From Phoronis australis (taxonomy: Eukaryota > Animalia > Phoronida): a DNA stretch of 57,938 nucleotides. Positions 37,988 to 51,505 of the stretch are shown piece by piece. The stretch is from the NCBI GenBank assembly GCA_002633005.1, contig NMRA01000669.1:158512-216449 (forward strand). The letters run 5' to 3'. Under the pieces are notes generated by a model that worked only from the letters and a program-made list of their open reading frames with translations, was not told the origin of the DNA and made no database searches. The position numbers and the translations under genes are program-made. Every line of letters begins with the position of its first letter. The first letter of the stretch is position 1.

Positions 37988-39397
37988 GTATGTATGCCGC
38001 ACTTTCAAGGTGTCTGTACCCACATAAACTTTACAGTAATGTCCTATGTTCTGTATTGTTTGCAGTGTATTAGTCAGCGTTTTCCTTCTTCCTACCTTGT
38101 GAATTTTTGGGGGTTTTTTTGCTAAAACTGTTATTACGTATAAAGTATTAGAACTGTGAGTGTGAAACACATTTTATTCTTTTCAGTGCTGAAAACTCAC
38201 TGAATAAGTTTCATCAAGTTATGCCCTCTCTTGATAAAATTTTGTTCTAGCCTACAGTACTCTGGCGTTATCTCCTTTGAATCAGCATCTGTCCGGTGTC
38301 TACTGTTGCATCTCCAAAACATTCTTGGTGGAAGTTTGCGAAATTTTGCAGACATGCTCATATCATGGACAGGATTGCACTACATGTGCAAATTTTTGGA
38401 TGAATTCAATTACTTGTCGATTTTGGTTTTTATGTTGCTTTCTGTATCAGTTGAATTTGACTGTCTAGTAACAATTTTCTTTCTTGCATGGGCCTCTGTA
38501 CAGGATGTTACATCACTTTCAACACAGGACACAAATGCATGTTTTGCCACAAGATAGTGCTGCATTTTTAGCCTCCAACTCTCTTTGCCAAACCACTTCT
38601 GGTCAATTATCATAGTAAAATTTAGCAAGGCAGCAGTCGCCCTTCCCCCCAGTATACCGTTTAGTGTGACTGATGTTAGTAGTGCCATCTAGTGGCAGAT
38701 GCTATTTTCTGACATCCAGTTTGGTATTTCCCAAACTGTTTGATTGACAGTGGTGGAATTCTCTAATAAGGAGAGGATTCCCCATGCATTTTGAGCAACT
38801 GGCTTTGCACCACCAAGAATCTTTTTCAAATTTACTTGTATTGCTCCTTACGAAAATGTCAACAGTGGTGATTTATCCCTAGGCTTGTATTTTAGGCTAC
38901 TAGCTTTGTATCTCCATGTCCTTAAAAGCGTAATTGTATTGCTCTCTCTTATGAGAATGTCTAAAGTCACAATCAATCCTCGTATTTTGAGCAACTCGCT
39001 TTGCACCCATGAAGTACACTAATTTCTATTGCTCCCTCCTGTGAGAATGTCTTTTGCTGTTATGGTGGGCCAGGCCCGTAGGAAGGTAAAAATTATTGGG
39101 GGGGCACCGACCCTTGTCGATACGTAACTTCTAATTTCGAAACCACTGCGTTGCACTGGGGTGTATATATCAACGCTGTAAACTGAACTACTGCAACCAC
39201 TAGGTACGTTTTGAATTATATGAAAAAATATGTCTACTAATAATAAGGTGTGCAACAGATGCTGTACTTTTAGAGTTAATTTTTTGTTAAGATTGACTGG
39301 AAATTTTTGGAGCAACATGCATGCCGCTCATACGATTACTCTTGCTGAACAGTAAGAATGAAGGTGTGAAATAATTATAAATGTTTTTATTTACTCT

Positions 39398-42092
39398 TCA
39401 ACATAAATCAGTGGACGTTGCCCTGCTGCACACAGGAACTCGGGCTGCAGCTAAGTCTAACGTGGTAAAAACCCCGAGTTGTGCCTTTTGCATTTCACTT
39501 CCTCGTACAAAATCGTTTGCCACATCAATCAAATTTAGCTTATCGCACATGTCTTTGTGAACATGGAGCAACATTAAATGGTTCAACCTCTCCTGTCCCA
39601 TTGTGGAACGTAAATATGACTTAACACGCCTAAGAGCACTAAATGCTCGTTCGCTACTGGCATTTGTTGCAGGCATCACTAACAGCAAGTTTGCTAGTTT
39701 AATTACATTTTCGATCAAGTGTTTTTGACCGGCTGATAATTTCTGCAAATGATCCACAACACGAGACAATGTTACCTCTTGACTACCATCCTGTGCATAA
39801 TTGGCCCCAAACGTAGCCAGGTGACAGCGCAGTGTTGAATCAAAATCATCTTCATAAAAACTGATAACATCTTGGTATTCATTTTCAAAGTTTTCCCCTT
39901 TTGCCGCCTTGAGTATCAGCTCCTCACACTGCATATAAATTTTGTAATCTTCTTGATCAAACCTGTCCCGTATTGATGCAATGATATTGTCAAGAGCTTC
40001 AAAATAAATTCTTCTATAATAATCTTCTGGACTCGAAGAAAACTCCGGAGGCGCATTTCCTGTTTCGTATCTAGCGGGTTTTCTATTGCGTCTAGGGAGA
40101 CCAGGATCTTTGACGTGATGATCCTTTGCACAAGCTAGGACTTCATCCCAGAAGTTTTTAAATTCTCTGTCGTTTCTCATCCGTTCTAATGTAGTAAGGG
40201 TCATTTTGGCAATCTTTTGAGCCTCAGCCGCGGACATCTGAACGCTTTGTAAAGTTGTACTCAGATTGTCAGCATGCACCAACAGGCGCTCTGAAAGTAC
40301 TAAACCGTAAAAGAAACTAAACTGTGTCATGTGAGACTGAATTCCACGTATCCGCGCTTTCATTTCTGAATCATTGCAATTTTGGACTCCCCAGGACCAG
40401 AGTTCCTGTAAACAATCATAGTTACCTATCACACGATTCAGAGCGTCAGCCTTCACGGTCCATCTCGTTGGACACAGTTGCCGAATATTACCCACTTCTC
40501 TGTCGTCAAGCAACGCATCTCGTATTTTATTCAACTGTGCATAACGTTTGGGAGATTTTTTTTATCAGTTTGGTAATTTCGTACGTGGTGTCTAAAGCAT
40601 CTGCCATCAGCTTGCATCGTTTGGTACTATCTGAGCAGGCAAGATTCAACGCGTGGCCATAACAATGTGTGTACAGGGCGCGATGTTCTTCCTGTTTAAT
40701 GTTGACAATGACTCCATTTTTGGACCCACTCATTGTGCTGCAACCATCATAGTATTGACCACGACATCTGCTTAAAGACAAGTTCATCCGCAACAGTGTG
40801 TCTTTTCGAAGTGACGTAATTGTTTGGGCATCCATCAATTACAAGCGGCGAAATCCGATGAAATCTTCATGGGGTTGTAATGATTCGTCTACCCATCGGA
40901 TACAAACAACGAGTTGTTCGCTATGACACGTCAGTAGTTTCGTCTGCCAGTATACTAAAATAAGGACTGCCGCGAATGCACGACGCTATTTCTCGGAGAA
41001 CTTTTAAAGCCATCGGTTTGATCGCTTCATTTTGAATATCTGGAGACGTATATTTATTTGTTTTCTGCGACAACCATGATTTCAAAATATCTGTCTCTGT
41101 TTCTTTTAGATGGAGTAGTTGAATAAAATTGGAATCTTGTTCATCTCCGTCACCCCTAAACGGTATACCTTGTCTTGCCAAAAAACGTATGTTTGTTAAT
41201 ATTTTCAGGAACATTCTGCGGTTTTTCGCTTTTTGCTCTCCGTGGGCTGTTGACAGTTGTTCCGCAACATCTTTGACAGACAACTTCACTATCAGTGTGC
41301 GTTCCATTGCTTCTTTATGGCACTCAGATTTCTCATGCTTCGTAAAGCCAGACGTCTTGTCAGTAGCCTTTTTCCAGTTGGTATAACCGGTAACAACAAA
41401 TGATAGCTCTTGTTTTGCTGAAGACAGCAGACCCATGTGGTAAGCTTTTGCACATATGTGACACAACACCTTATCTTCCCCCTCAATATAATGCAGCCAC
41501 GGCCATGAGATAAACCACTGTTTTTGAAATTGACGATTTTTCTTGCCAAAAGGTCGTTTTGGAAAGACGTGATTTGAAGGTTGGTGTGGATGCTCGGGAA
41601 TGTCGTGTAAACCACGTTTTTCTTGCATGGTGTGAGCCGACTGAGAAGAACTGTTTTGGTGAGTGTGGGAGTTTTCACTTGGTGCTGAAGAGCTACAATA
41701 AAGCTCCTGTGACTGGCTCGATGGTTCTAAATTCGTAGGACCAGATTTGTGAGTCCCTGAGCGTTCACCACAAGTGGCTCTGTGTGCAATGTGGCTTATT
41801 CAGAAGTGCTGTTTGCTAACTGCGTAGGACAGCTACTGTGGGACTCCAGGACGTCCAGTAGTTCTGTGTTTGACGTTTCAGAGTTACTTTTTATATTCCA
41901 AGCTGAAGCACCTCCAGGTTTAGTGCGTGATGCGCCGTCTATTAAGTGAGTTTCGAGCGTGAGTGAGTTACTGGTTACAGGTAGGGATTTTACCTTAAAG
42001 AAGGCACCTATTTTTCTTTGGTGACTGGAAGCGTGCTGCTTCTTTGCTCTTGAACATTCCTGGGAATCGTCGCAAAATTTTTTTTTATTCAT
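39398..42092 (-). pseudogene. Disrupted hAT transposase (TTF-type Zn finger, DUF4371, catalytic core, C-terminal dimerization domain)
   Basis: Fragments contain WPWLHY...LCHIC, FLARQGIPFRG, ILADETTDVS, YDG, HCYGHALNL, CPTRW and PATNASSERAFSALRRVKSYLRSTMGQERLNHL. Broken by frameshifts near 40923 and 40560, a TAA near 40840 and further lesions at 41630-41800. Confidence 0.9.
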
Positions 42093-43504
42093 TTGTCACT
42101 CAGCTACAGGGCGTGTGTTTTTTATTCTAACTGCTACGACATGATTTGGTTCAAAAAATCGCATATTTGTTGCATGAAGCATTTCCTAATACACGTGGTA
42201 AGATCTCCCCATGAAGGGAATGAACACTTTTTCCTACATCGGGATATACACTTGTTACTGGCATTTTCAATATAGACGACAGACCCATGACAGCCATGAG
42301 ACCACTCTAATTCCCATCGTGGCACAGATGCTTTGCCTCTCTTACAATGGCTGCTTCATTATCATCGTTTACAGTGTCTCCAAGACTGTCCTCCTGAGAC
42401 ATTACCACAGTGAATAATTTTTGAAAATCCGAAGATATATAGAGTTTTCTTTCTGAGTAGCAGCAATAACGTGTGGGTGCCTTGCATAAAAGTCAGAGTG
42501 AATGAAGAGCTCGGCTGCAGTCAGCAGCCTTAATGTCACGTGGAGGGATTCGTCACCTATAAACAGAAATTAAGCAACTGCAAGGTTGTATCAAGAGATT
42601 ACTTGCCTTTATAAAATAAGGCCATGCGATACTTTAGATAGTTTTTGAAATTCTGTGTAATGACAAGAAATTCGTAAATGGGCCTTATTCCAGGAATGAG
42701 TTTATAGACATAATTTCGACTTTCCGAAATGGCACTTTCAGTGAATGCCAATGGATTTTTTTCCCATTTCACGTCCCCAACTTCATGGCACATGCCCAAA
42801 ATGCGCTCATACACAGAACAAAGTACGGGATGATAGTTGTTTCAAAGGGACAAGCCACATACATGTAACCGCCGTCGCGAACCTAACATTACTATTTGCA
42901 CAATTTCAGGTTAGTTTTCTGCTAGGAAACCAGGAACTTGTCGCAATTTTTTATAATCTAAGTTTTGCATTTTGTGCTTTTAAAGTTATGTAGAACCTAA
43001 TAAGAGTTCCAATTTTTCCAAATTCAAAAATGTATTGAATTTGCATCGAACTTTCAAATTCCGATACACTGTTCTCGAACACGCTGCTAGGAATTTTTCT
43101 TAAAATGTTCGACTTTTGCATGAGGGCTAATCAAAATAGTGCTTCAGATTTTTATGAAAACGTTTTAAGAGTGACTCCATATAAAAACCAACAGGTAGAG
43201 TCTATACCCAAAATCACCGATTTTTTTGAAACTTAGCACATAAGTTTGATTTGTTGAGAAGTAGAAAAACCTCAATTTTTAAGAATTTTCATTCATTATT
43301 CTTCTTTTTATGACCTGTACCTCCATTTTGCAACAAAATTGGGCGTCGAAGTACGCATGTTTGAATGCATTTTACTAGCATGTATGATACGGTCAAAACA
43401 AATGAATAATACGAATTGAAAGGGCAATGGNTTTTTCTTAAAATGTTCGACTTTTGCATGAGGGCTAATCAAAATAGTGCTTCAGATTTTTATGAAAACG
43501 TTTT

Positions 43505-43740
43505 AAATTTGCATAAAACGAAAACGAAACGATATTTTAGAAAATTGTAACAGCGTTTTTGAGATTTTTATCTTAAACAATTATACTCCACGAAATTTGC
43601 GCATGCTATTGACGCCGTTGTTTTGTTTGATTAACAGAATGTACCTTATTAATTTGCTAAATTTTCCTATAAGTTAATGTCAAGCAACCTATTTAGTTGC
43701 GGACTGGTATGAAATCAAAAATCAAATTCTACGGAATTAC
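43505..43740. repeat. Dispersed AT-rich repeat family; diverged copies at about 20985-21185 and 17320-17500
   Basis: Shared AAAACGAAAAC, AAAATTGTAACAGC.TTTT.GA.ATTT.ATCTTAAACA, GAATGTACCTT and TCAAAAATCAAATT.TAC. Confidence 0.6.
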
Positions 43741-44422
43741 TACTTTCCAAAAATATACTTTTGCTGGGCTAAGTTGTATACAATTTAGTATATATGTATT
43801 TGGCTAAATATACAGGCATGACGAGAAGGTGCTACATAAACTTAGTAAGGCGAGATGTGTTAATGTAAAAACTAATTTTGTATTTTTAGGCTGTTGTGAT
43901 AATTTGCATAGGCTATTTACTTCGTTTCAATTTTTCACTCCCAGTTCTTTGGAAATTTCATTGAAAATATTTAAACTCTTTAATTTTAGAGAATGAGCGT
44001 TCTGCCTGATCCACACGTTTTTATGGTGTTTTTCTGATAACTAAGTCAGATTCTTCAATTTCGTTATAAGTCTGAGAGAACTGTACTTCAAATCAAAATA
44101 CAATGTTGCAGAAGCTTCTACGCTGAAATTTTTTGGGGGTGGGGGGGCACGGGCCCACCCGGCCCCCCGCTTCCTACGGCCCTGTGGTCACCACCACGAC
44201 TTAACTACCAACCTTACAAGAGACCTACTTGTTTATTGTCCACAGCGTTTGCGCGCGAAACCTACTTCTTTTTGTAATGCTTCAGTATTACAGCCGCCTT
44301 AAACAAGGTAAAATGAAATTGGACTTTACTGTTTTGTTTATCATCCCAAAGGTAACTAAAATGCATAGTATGGTTCGAATCGGTGAAATTGGGTTTATCA
44401 CCCCTTTGCCTGCTGTGAGCCG

Positions 44423-44489
44423 TACTTCACATTCAGAAACCAGTTCACGTCATAAATGACGTGATCAAAAGGTTTCTGAATGCGAGGTA
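44423..44489. repeat. 67-bp imperfect palindrome (probable tiny MITE)
   Basis: Arms TACTTCACATTCAGAAACC and GGTTTCTGAATGCGAGGTA; inner TCACGTCAT-AA-ATGACGTGA. Confidence 0.7.
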
Positions 44490-44799
44490 GGCCTATTTTG
44501 TATGATTCCGCATGACATGATGCCACACTATGTGACTTAAGTAATTTATAGTGACGAAGCTACAAGCGTAAGAACAGCGCTTGGGTCTAACATACATTTT
44601 ACTTGGCAAGAATGACGTTATCGTCATTCCCAGGCTGTCTTACAAGCAGATCACCATTCGACCTGAAATTTTCATTCAACATGGCGGACTGATCATGCAA
44701 CGGCCATTATGCTTTTGGATCTGGGTGATTTTGCTTTGCTAAATGTCAATTTTAATAGCGATGAAGTAAGACTCACAAAACTACCACATGGCTACAATT

Positions 44800-45122
44800 T
44801 TTAGATCATGTATTTCGCACTCTCACTCAGAGAGAACATACATTTGAACTGCATACTACGTTACGTATGTAAACTGTTTATTCCCATCAACTATTTTATT
44901 CTGGAATAAATTTCCACATGCCATCTCATCAGAAACAACGGAGATATTCACGAGTCACGTCACAAATAACCTTTATACTCAGTAAATGATAAAGCTTGTT
45001 TTTATCGTGGCACTAACCGGCACTTCTTTTGTTATTTTCACAGTTATCACAGCTCAAATTTATCACTAACGTGCATCAACATATTTGATCGAAACTTCGA
45101 TCGTTTGTTGAAACCGGAAGAT
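44800..45122 (+). mobile_element. 3' fragment of a CR1/L2-group LINE, second copy
   Basis: Clear similarity to 30915-31140 (CATGCCATCTCATCAGAAACAA, TACTCAGTAAA, TCACTAAC...TGAAACC). Confidence 0.6.
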
Positions 45123-45276
45123 TGATGGGCTCAGAAACATTCAGCAGACCTATTCCCATTCTAAAAGTTTTATCGGACTTCAACTGCTTTTCCATCCCCT
45201 GCGAGACGTTTGCTTTCGACCTTGAGTTCAAAGTTCACGCCACACAAAATGGACCTCCAGCAACTGACCAAGTGTG

Positions 45277-45417
45277 CGTTCAGTAGACGCTAGGACCTAC
45301 GCTATGACCTAGCTAAAACCTAGTCAAAGTCACGTGCTCTAAATTAAAATAAACGGCAATATCTCACGTAATCTCGCGAAGTCTTGCTTTTTAGCGAGGT
45401 CCTAGCGTTACTGAACG
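45277..45417. mobile_element. ~140-bp MITE with 21-bp TIRs
   Basis: CGTTCAGTAGACGCTAGGACCT and AGGTCCTAGCGTTACTGAACG. Confidence 0.65.
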
Positions 45418-48189
45418 GGAGGCAGTTTTGCCATCTTTGCGCCCATAGGAAGGTCCAATAAGAAGTGTGAAGCCTGGAGGTTGCTTTTTGTAAATGCAAG
45501 GTCAAATTTCTGGGATACAGAGAAGAGTGCGACAAAGAATTTTTATCTTTTATGCTTTATTTGCTTCAGTCAAGCTGTTGAGCTACCAAAGTTAAAATCG
45601 AAGAAACTAGAAGTATACTGAGACATGAACTTGAGTTTCTTGTGTGTGCTGTGGAGCATGAGTGAGGGCCCAGCAGTTTGTTGCTAAAGGGATTTCACCC
45701 AAAAAATTATTAAAATTCTGTAGTCGCAATAATGTATAAAGTATGTTTTCATGTTCCTTGCAATGCACGTTGTTTACCTCGTATCTGGACGGCATACTTC
45801 ACTCATATTATACTATATAACTATGGCTGTAGTGTTGGTCGATTATTTTGGATAGGTCATAGATATTCTAGCTTTCCTGTAGCGAGGGACTACTTCAGTA
45901 TAAATAGTTATAACTTTAAAAAGTTCTCCAATTTAGAACAGTAAAAATTTAATCGTTTTTGCTCAGTGTTGGAGCTTGTCCCTAATTCTAGAAATAGACA
46001 ACATTGGCCTTGCCAAATTCAAGAGTTACCTGAAAGACAGCAAAATTACCCACCTTGAAGATTGAAAACACATTGTCTGAAATTTCAGAATTACAGCGAG
46101 CAAAACCACTCTCCAGAATCAAAAAATTCAACTTTTTGTGGAAGTATCTGTGTCCCAAATTCTAGAAAGTGTTCGAAATTGGCAGAATTTTTACCCTAGG
46201 CATTAGAAGTGAGAATGGCCGTACGGTTTTTGTTGACTGTGGTTGCTTTTGAGGTTAAGTTGTTTCTCACTTAAGATATCTTCATTCGTGCATGTATGAT
46301 GCACAGAGACTGACATTGCTGACCCAGGACAAAAATGGGTTGTTTCAGAGACGTACACGAAAAGACATCACAAATTACCGTATTCGCTGTAATAACCGCC
46401 CATGCCCCTTTTAGCGCCCCCCACGCGTTTTCAGTCTTTGCTGAAATAAGCGCCCAGTCCATGAACATATACGTGTGAACAGTCCTAAAACTCGGCTACA
46501 GTAACGTGTTCAATTTATCAAAAAAATTTTGCACGGGTCTTCTAGACCAGCAGCGGCACTGCTACGTTGGTATTTAGCTGTGACTATACACTTCAAAGTA
46601 ACGCAGCGCTTCAAAAAGAACGCAACAACGTTGCTACGCTCTCGCGACGACCGTGTCCCACTATGGTCTGACCTTTCAGTAGACACATCGATTGTCTCAC
46701 GAATGAAAATAACTCGGTGTTAAACGCACGTGGCCAGGAAGCGCGCGCTACATATATGAACCTGTCATCAAAGACATTAGTCGGGAACTATCCATTCATG
46801 AAATGGGTAGCATAGCATCGGTAAGAAATGAATAGTGGCACTAATTTCCGACAATTTCTAATACTATAAAACATGTTTGCGTTATTTTTGAGATAGATTA
46901 ACCATAATTGGTGTTTTTAAGCTGAATATCCAATAAAATGACAACTGACAGTGAATGCTTACACACCCTTACACCGAAAAATAACTGTCAGATAGTTACA
47001 AGTACGTACGCATCGAGATACACGGCGACTAATATGGGCCTTACCGAGACAAATGTCAAACGTTTTTAGCACATGAGACCGGCAAGTGCGGAATGAAACA
47101 CGTTCTGGTTTAGGTCTACTGCTTGTGCAAATTTCTTTAGACACAATCAATGGACATCTAGCTTGTTAAATTGCGTGGCTTTGGCCAAAAGACGGTCTGT
47201 GCTTTAGCAAATGAACTCTGGTGACACGCACTCGCTTGCTTACTCACAAACGCAGACGAACTTCAAAACAAACGTCACGTGACAACAACATGTGTGTTCG
47301 TCCAGACGTGTTGCCAATCATACATGTAGGTGGCATGATGTTGCACAGATTTGTACTTAAACCTGCCGTTAATCCAGACTCCACGGGAACTTAAAAAAAA
47401 TCTTAGAGACGTTAGAAAACTAATGAAGATTTCAGGTAATTTGGTCGAGTCGAAACTATTTTTATTCAAGCATTGAAGTCGCCATATCGAAGACGGTGAT
47501 TTCGAGGCAGTCAGTCGGCGAGTTTTCGCCCTGGGATTTCAGCACAATTTTCTGTAAAATGATCGTAATTAAGTAGCAAATTTTGATAGCAATGCACCAC
47601 AGTTTTGTTGAAAGTCTTTCATAGATTACAGATCTATACGTCACAGAGTGAAATTTGATGAATCTTAGCTTCCGATTTCACCCGTTTCGGAGACCGGGTT
47701 TCAACCGCCTTGGGTTATAATAAGCGCCAAAATAATTCTGTTTTTGTAGACAAAGGAAGTTATTACATCCGAAAATTTCAAATTTCAGTTGATCCATTCT
47801 TGTTGTTTTATTTACCGATTTATAAAATAATTCTAAAAATGAAATTTACATAAAATTGAATTCAGAAAGAGCAAAAACCAGAAATCTAGTCTTTTTGTGA
47901 GTATTTTGTCATTTATTTGAAAACCTGGGAGGTTTTGTGAATTATTCTTTTTTCCCAAGTAAGATCAATGTTTTTACAATCTTAAGTTGCACACCATATG
48001 ATGAAAAATGATGATGTTCATTTTTTAATTAAACCAAATTAAATTAGACCCTAAAATAGAATTATAAAAATATTCTGTACTATGTTAATGAAAATATTTC
48101 ACCAGTTTGGGCCACTTTAAAGTGAAAAAAATGACGAGGATTGGATTAGAAGATGATAAGTCTTACATACTTTCTAAAGATCGGTATGG

Positions 48190-48430
48190 GCAAACCACCA
48201 TGGTAGGTCTCCGCTCTGAAGGAAGCTGTTCAATTTTATGATCCTGTGAATGGCAAGCCTGAGAGAATTCCATTGACGAAGGAACTCAGATTGGCCTACA
48301 AATCTGCACATTCAAATTATCAGGCATGACTAGAAGAATATAGACAAGAACAGGGGCAATTATGGCAAGAAGCATGAGCAAGTAAAGTTGAACTGGAGAT
48401 GGCACAGAAGCATCAGAAGAGTTGAAACAT
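48190..48430 (+). pseudogene. Decayed C-terminal fragment of a DNA transposase (hAT-like)
   Basis: Reads TMVGLR/LKEAVQFYDPVNGKPERIPLTKELRLAYKSAHSNYQA*LEEYRQEQ with a frameshift and a stop; resembles transposase C-terminal tails. Recognition from memory only. Confidence 0.4.
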
Positions 48431-50424
48431 GCGAAAAACACTTTTTGAGTCAGAAGACGGTCTCGCTAACGTTAACATGAAAAGTACTTCTATAGCAAAA
48501 CAATGGATCAATATCATTACCAAGTTTCAATTGGTAATTTTACATTGAACTTTTAACATTCCCTGAAAATAGTTAAATAACAACAATATATAATGTTTAG
48601 TCACCGAGGAATCGGCGCCTGAGTTGCAGACGATATAATATTTAGCAATTGAAAACAGTGACAGATGTGTCATATAATTAACAGTTTTGTACCAGATGTT
48701 ACGTTTAGGGCCTGATTGCATGTCGAGTGTTATTTATACTGTTGTAATTGTATTACTTTAAACTATATTCGGAAAATATGATGTTTGAACCGGCTACGAA
48801 CATCGAGTCGACACTGACCTACCTTTTGAGCTTTCCATGTCAGAGGTATCTGTTGAAGTAGTGTGAGAGGGGAATACGGAAAACAATATTACATGGCCAT
48901 ATGGCACTTGATTGATTCAACGCGTATGGGATACTAAGCTTTTTGGATTTCTCATCAATTTTTTTCAGTCGTTTTTCTGTCTAGAGTTTATTGTTAGACA
49001 TGTTTATTCAGGATAAAATCTATTGAAAGGGCTAGGGTTGCACTGTGCATGCTTGGGACTTGTTTGTATTTGTTTGTTCCATTGTCATTTCTTACTATGG
49101 AATACAAGGGAATGTTTTTGTAGAATTGAAGCATTAAGTTGAGAACTGTTTTTGTTAATACAAAAGAAATCAGTTTGGAATTGTTATCACTGAAAAGTTA
49201 TTATGGTACGTCAATAACAGACTTCATAATTGACGATGTGGGAAATTAAATAAGTAATTGTGAATTGGCATCTGGTCGTGTGCAGATTTAACAAAATGCT
49301 GCTTACCAGTTGCTAACGTGATCCAATTGGCAAGAATTAAGTGTTTTATGCTTTTCCATTTGCTTCATTAGAGGTTGCAATGCGCATGACTTGACCAAAA
49401 ATAATCAGACATTCAGACGTCTTATCTGCTATTCCGTCATTGGATGACAGTCCTGTTGGTGAATCTACAAAATAACACACACTGTACTGCGACGGTGTAC
49501 CTGCTGGTCACAGTCCTTCGTGATTTAACACTTTCAGGCAGTATCTTCTACCCACGATTCCTCTTGTTGGTCACTGTCTCTTGTGACGCAACACTTGCAC
49601 ACACTTTCTCACTACCCACGATGCAAGTGATATTCTTTTAGTTAACTTCCTGTTTGTTAACCGTTGCCAAGATCCTCTTTAAAATCTTCCACGACAAGGT
49701 TCTGTTGTACAATTTCTTCTGCACACTGTAGCAAGTCTTTTAGCTTCAACAATTAAATTTTTTATCTGTGTATTTTGCAAGGATGTGCACCTATGAACCT
49801 GACAAATGATGGCGTTTTTCAGACGAATCAGGCTACTGTTGTACAGGGCGTAATCCAGAATTTCAAAAATTGGGTGTCCAAAATGGGGGTTTCCAATATT
49901 TTAGGGCGTTCATGATTCCGATGACGCGTTACCCCCACCGTTCACCAGCAATACCCCCACACACACTGAGATTTTTTTACAAAAAATGTGTAGACCAAGG
50001 CTTTTACATCTAAGTTTACAAAAACAGCCTCTCTGTTGTGAGCTGTTTTACTACAAGAACTGTGTGGACCAAAACTTCTACGTCTAAATTTACAAAAACA
50101 GCCAAGTAGCTTACCAAACAAATATTAGCGATATTGATTGAACGATGAGTGCACTAGGTTTTTAGTGATTTCGAGTCAAATTATTGTTTTAAATTGTATC
50201 ATTTACGTTAAAGATGTCACATTAAATTATGCAAATGCAAATGAAGTTAGTTTACAAACTACCTCGGGTGTTCCGGTGTGCCGGAAACCATCCTAGAACC
50301 AGTTACCATTACATTCTCGCAAAAGTTTTGTTTTACGAGACGTTTTTGTGTAAACAAGTTTGGTAATATGTCTTCGTTAGTTACCATAAGGAAACAAGAC
50401 TCATTTTATTGGAATTACATGTTC

Positions 50425-50770
50425 TTTTTATTATGCGCCCACATATTTATATGTGGACGCATTATGCCGTCATCTCCGTCCGGCGTCTGGCGCCCGGCAT
50501 CGGCTGCTCTATCTCCAAAACGCCTTGACATATGTTAATGAAATTTTGCACGTGTTTCTTCCATGGATGGGAAGGCATGAGCGAATTTTCGGACGGATCC
50601 GACTACCAGTGTGCCCCCTAGTGGCATTTTTATTTTTTTACGTTTACCTCTATCTTCAAAAGTTCACCTAGTGGCCATTTTTACTGTTTTTGAGTATTTT
50701 TTGCGTCCACCCCTCTATCAGCCAAACTGCTGAAAGGATGATTGTGAAAGTTGGCACGTATGTTTTCACT
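50425..50770 (+). mobile_element. Truncated, internally deleted second copy of the HINE-like element
   Basis: ATGCGCCCACA...TGTGGACGCATTATGCCGTCATC, GGATCCGACTACCAGTGTGCCCCCTAGTGGC and CCACCCCTCTATCA shared with 31903-33856. Confidence 0.82.
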
Positions 50771-50781
50771 TACACTCTATA

Positions 50782-51330
50782 GGGCCTTTCATACTAACGT
50801 CGACGCGTCGATGGTTTGGGGAGTTGCGGTCAGTATGAACGCTTAACTCCGGTCCTGGATCGCAGTTAAGAGCTCCAGTTAACATCGCAGTTAATAGGTG
50901 GATTTAAGACCACAGCGTCGACGCTGCGGTGCAGTATGAACGCTTAACTCCGGTCCAATCGAAGTTATCGCCAGGTGCCACTGTTATCNTAACTCCGGTC
51001 CAATCGAAGTTATCGCCAGGTGCCACTGTTATCGTCAATAGTGACAGAGTAGTGCCGTCACTAATAACTACTTATTTTTTGGTTTAATGATAACCAATCG
51101 ATTTAAAAATGAGTTTTATGTCATTTAGCACATTTAAATGTTCCAAATTGTCACATTGAAAAAAATCTTAGCGTGCAGCGCTACCTTGCGATAACTTCTA
51201 TGACGTCAGCGTCACCAACCCTTTACTTCGATGGTCATTAACTACCGAAGCCAGTATGAACGGTCCAGTTAACTGCGCTGTTTACGTCGACGCTCCGCTC
51301 AGACCGGAGTTAAGTCAATATGAAAGGGCC
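50782..51330. mobile_element. PIF/Harbinger-like MITE
   Basis: TIRs GGGCCTTTCATACT and AATATGAAAGGGCC; flanks ATA and TTA; internal repeats CAGTATGAACG, TTAACTCCGGTC and GTCGACGC. Confidence 0.6.
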
Positions 51331-51505
51331 TTATCACAGTGCTAAACGAAAGTCTGTGTGTCTAGTAATCAGCCCGCTGAATGCCATTCTGTCCCAACAG
51401 AGATATATAGGGAAGCTCTAATTCTTTCTTTTGGTGAAGAAGGTGAACTGGTGAACACTAACTTTGTTTTTATAATTACATGAGGTCACGTAACTTGGCT
51501 TTATT

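Larger units (their letters stand above)
39071..44184 (-). mobile_element. hAT DNA transposon (ZMYM1/DUF4371-type), 5114 bp, in the HEXD intron
   Basis: 15-bp TIRs CAGGCCCGTAGGAAG and CTTCCTACGGCCCTG (1 mismatch); flanks TGGGC and TGGTC; internal transposase remains. Confidence 0.9.

Noticed and set aside
39398-42092. Host ZMYM1 or THAP12-like gene
   Set aside because: TIR-bounded, intronless and multiply disrupted, so a transposon relic.
50945-51033. 44-bp direct duplication
   Set aside because: Separated by a single N; assembly overlap.
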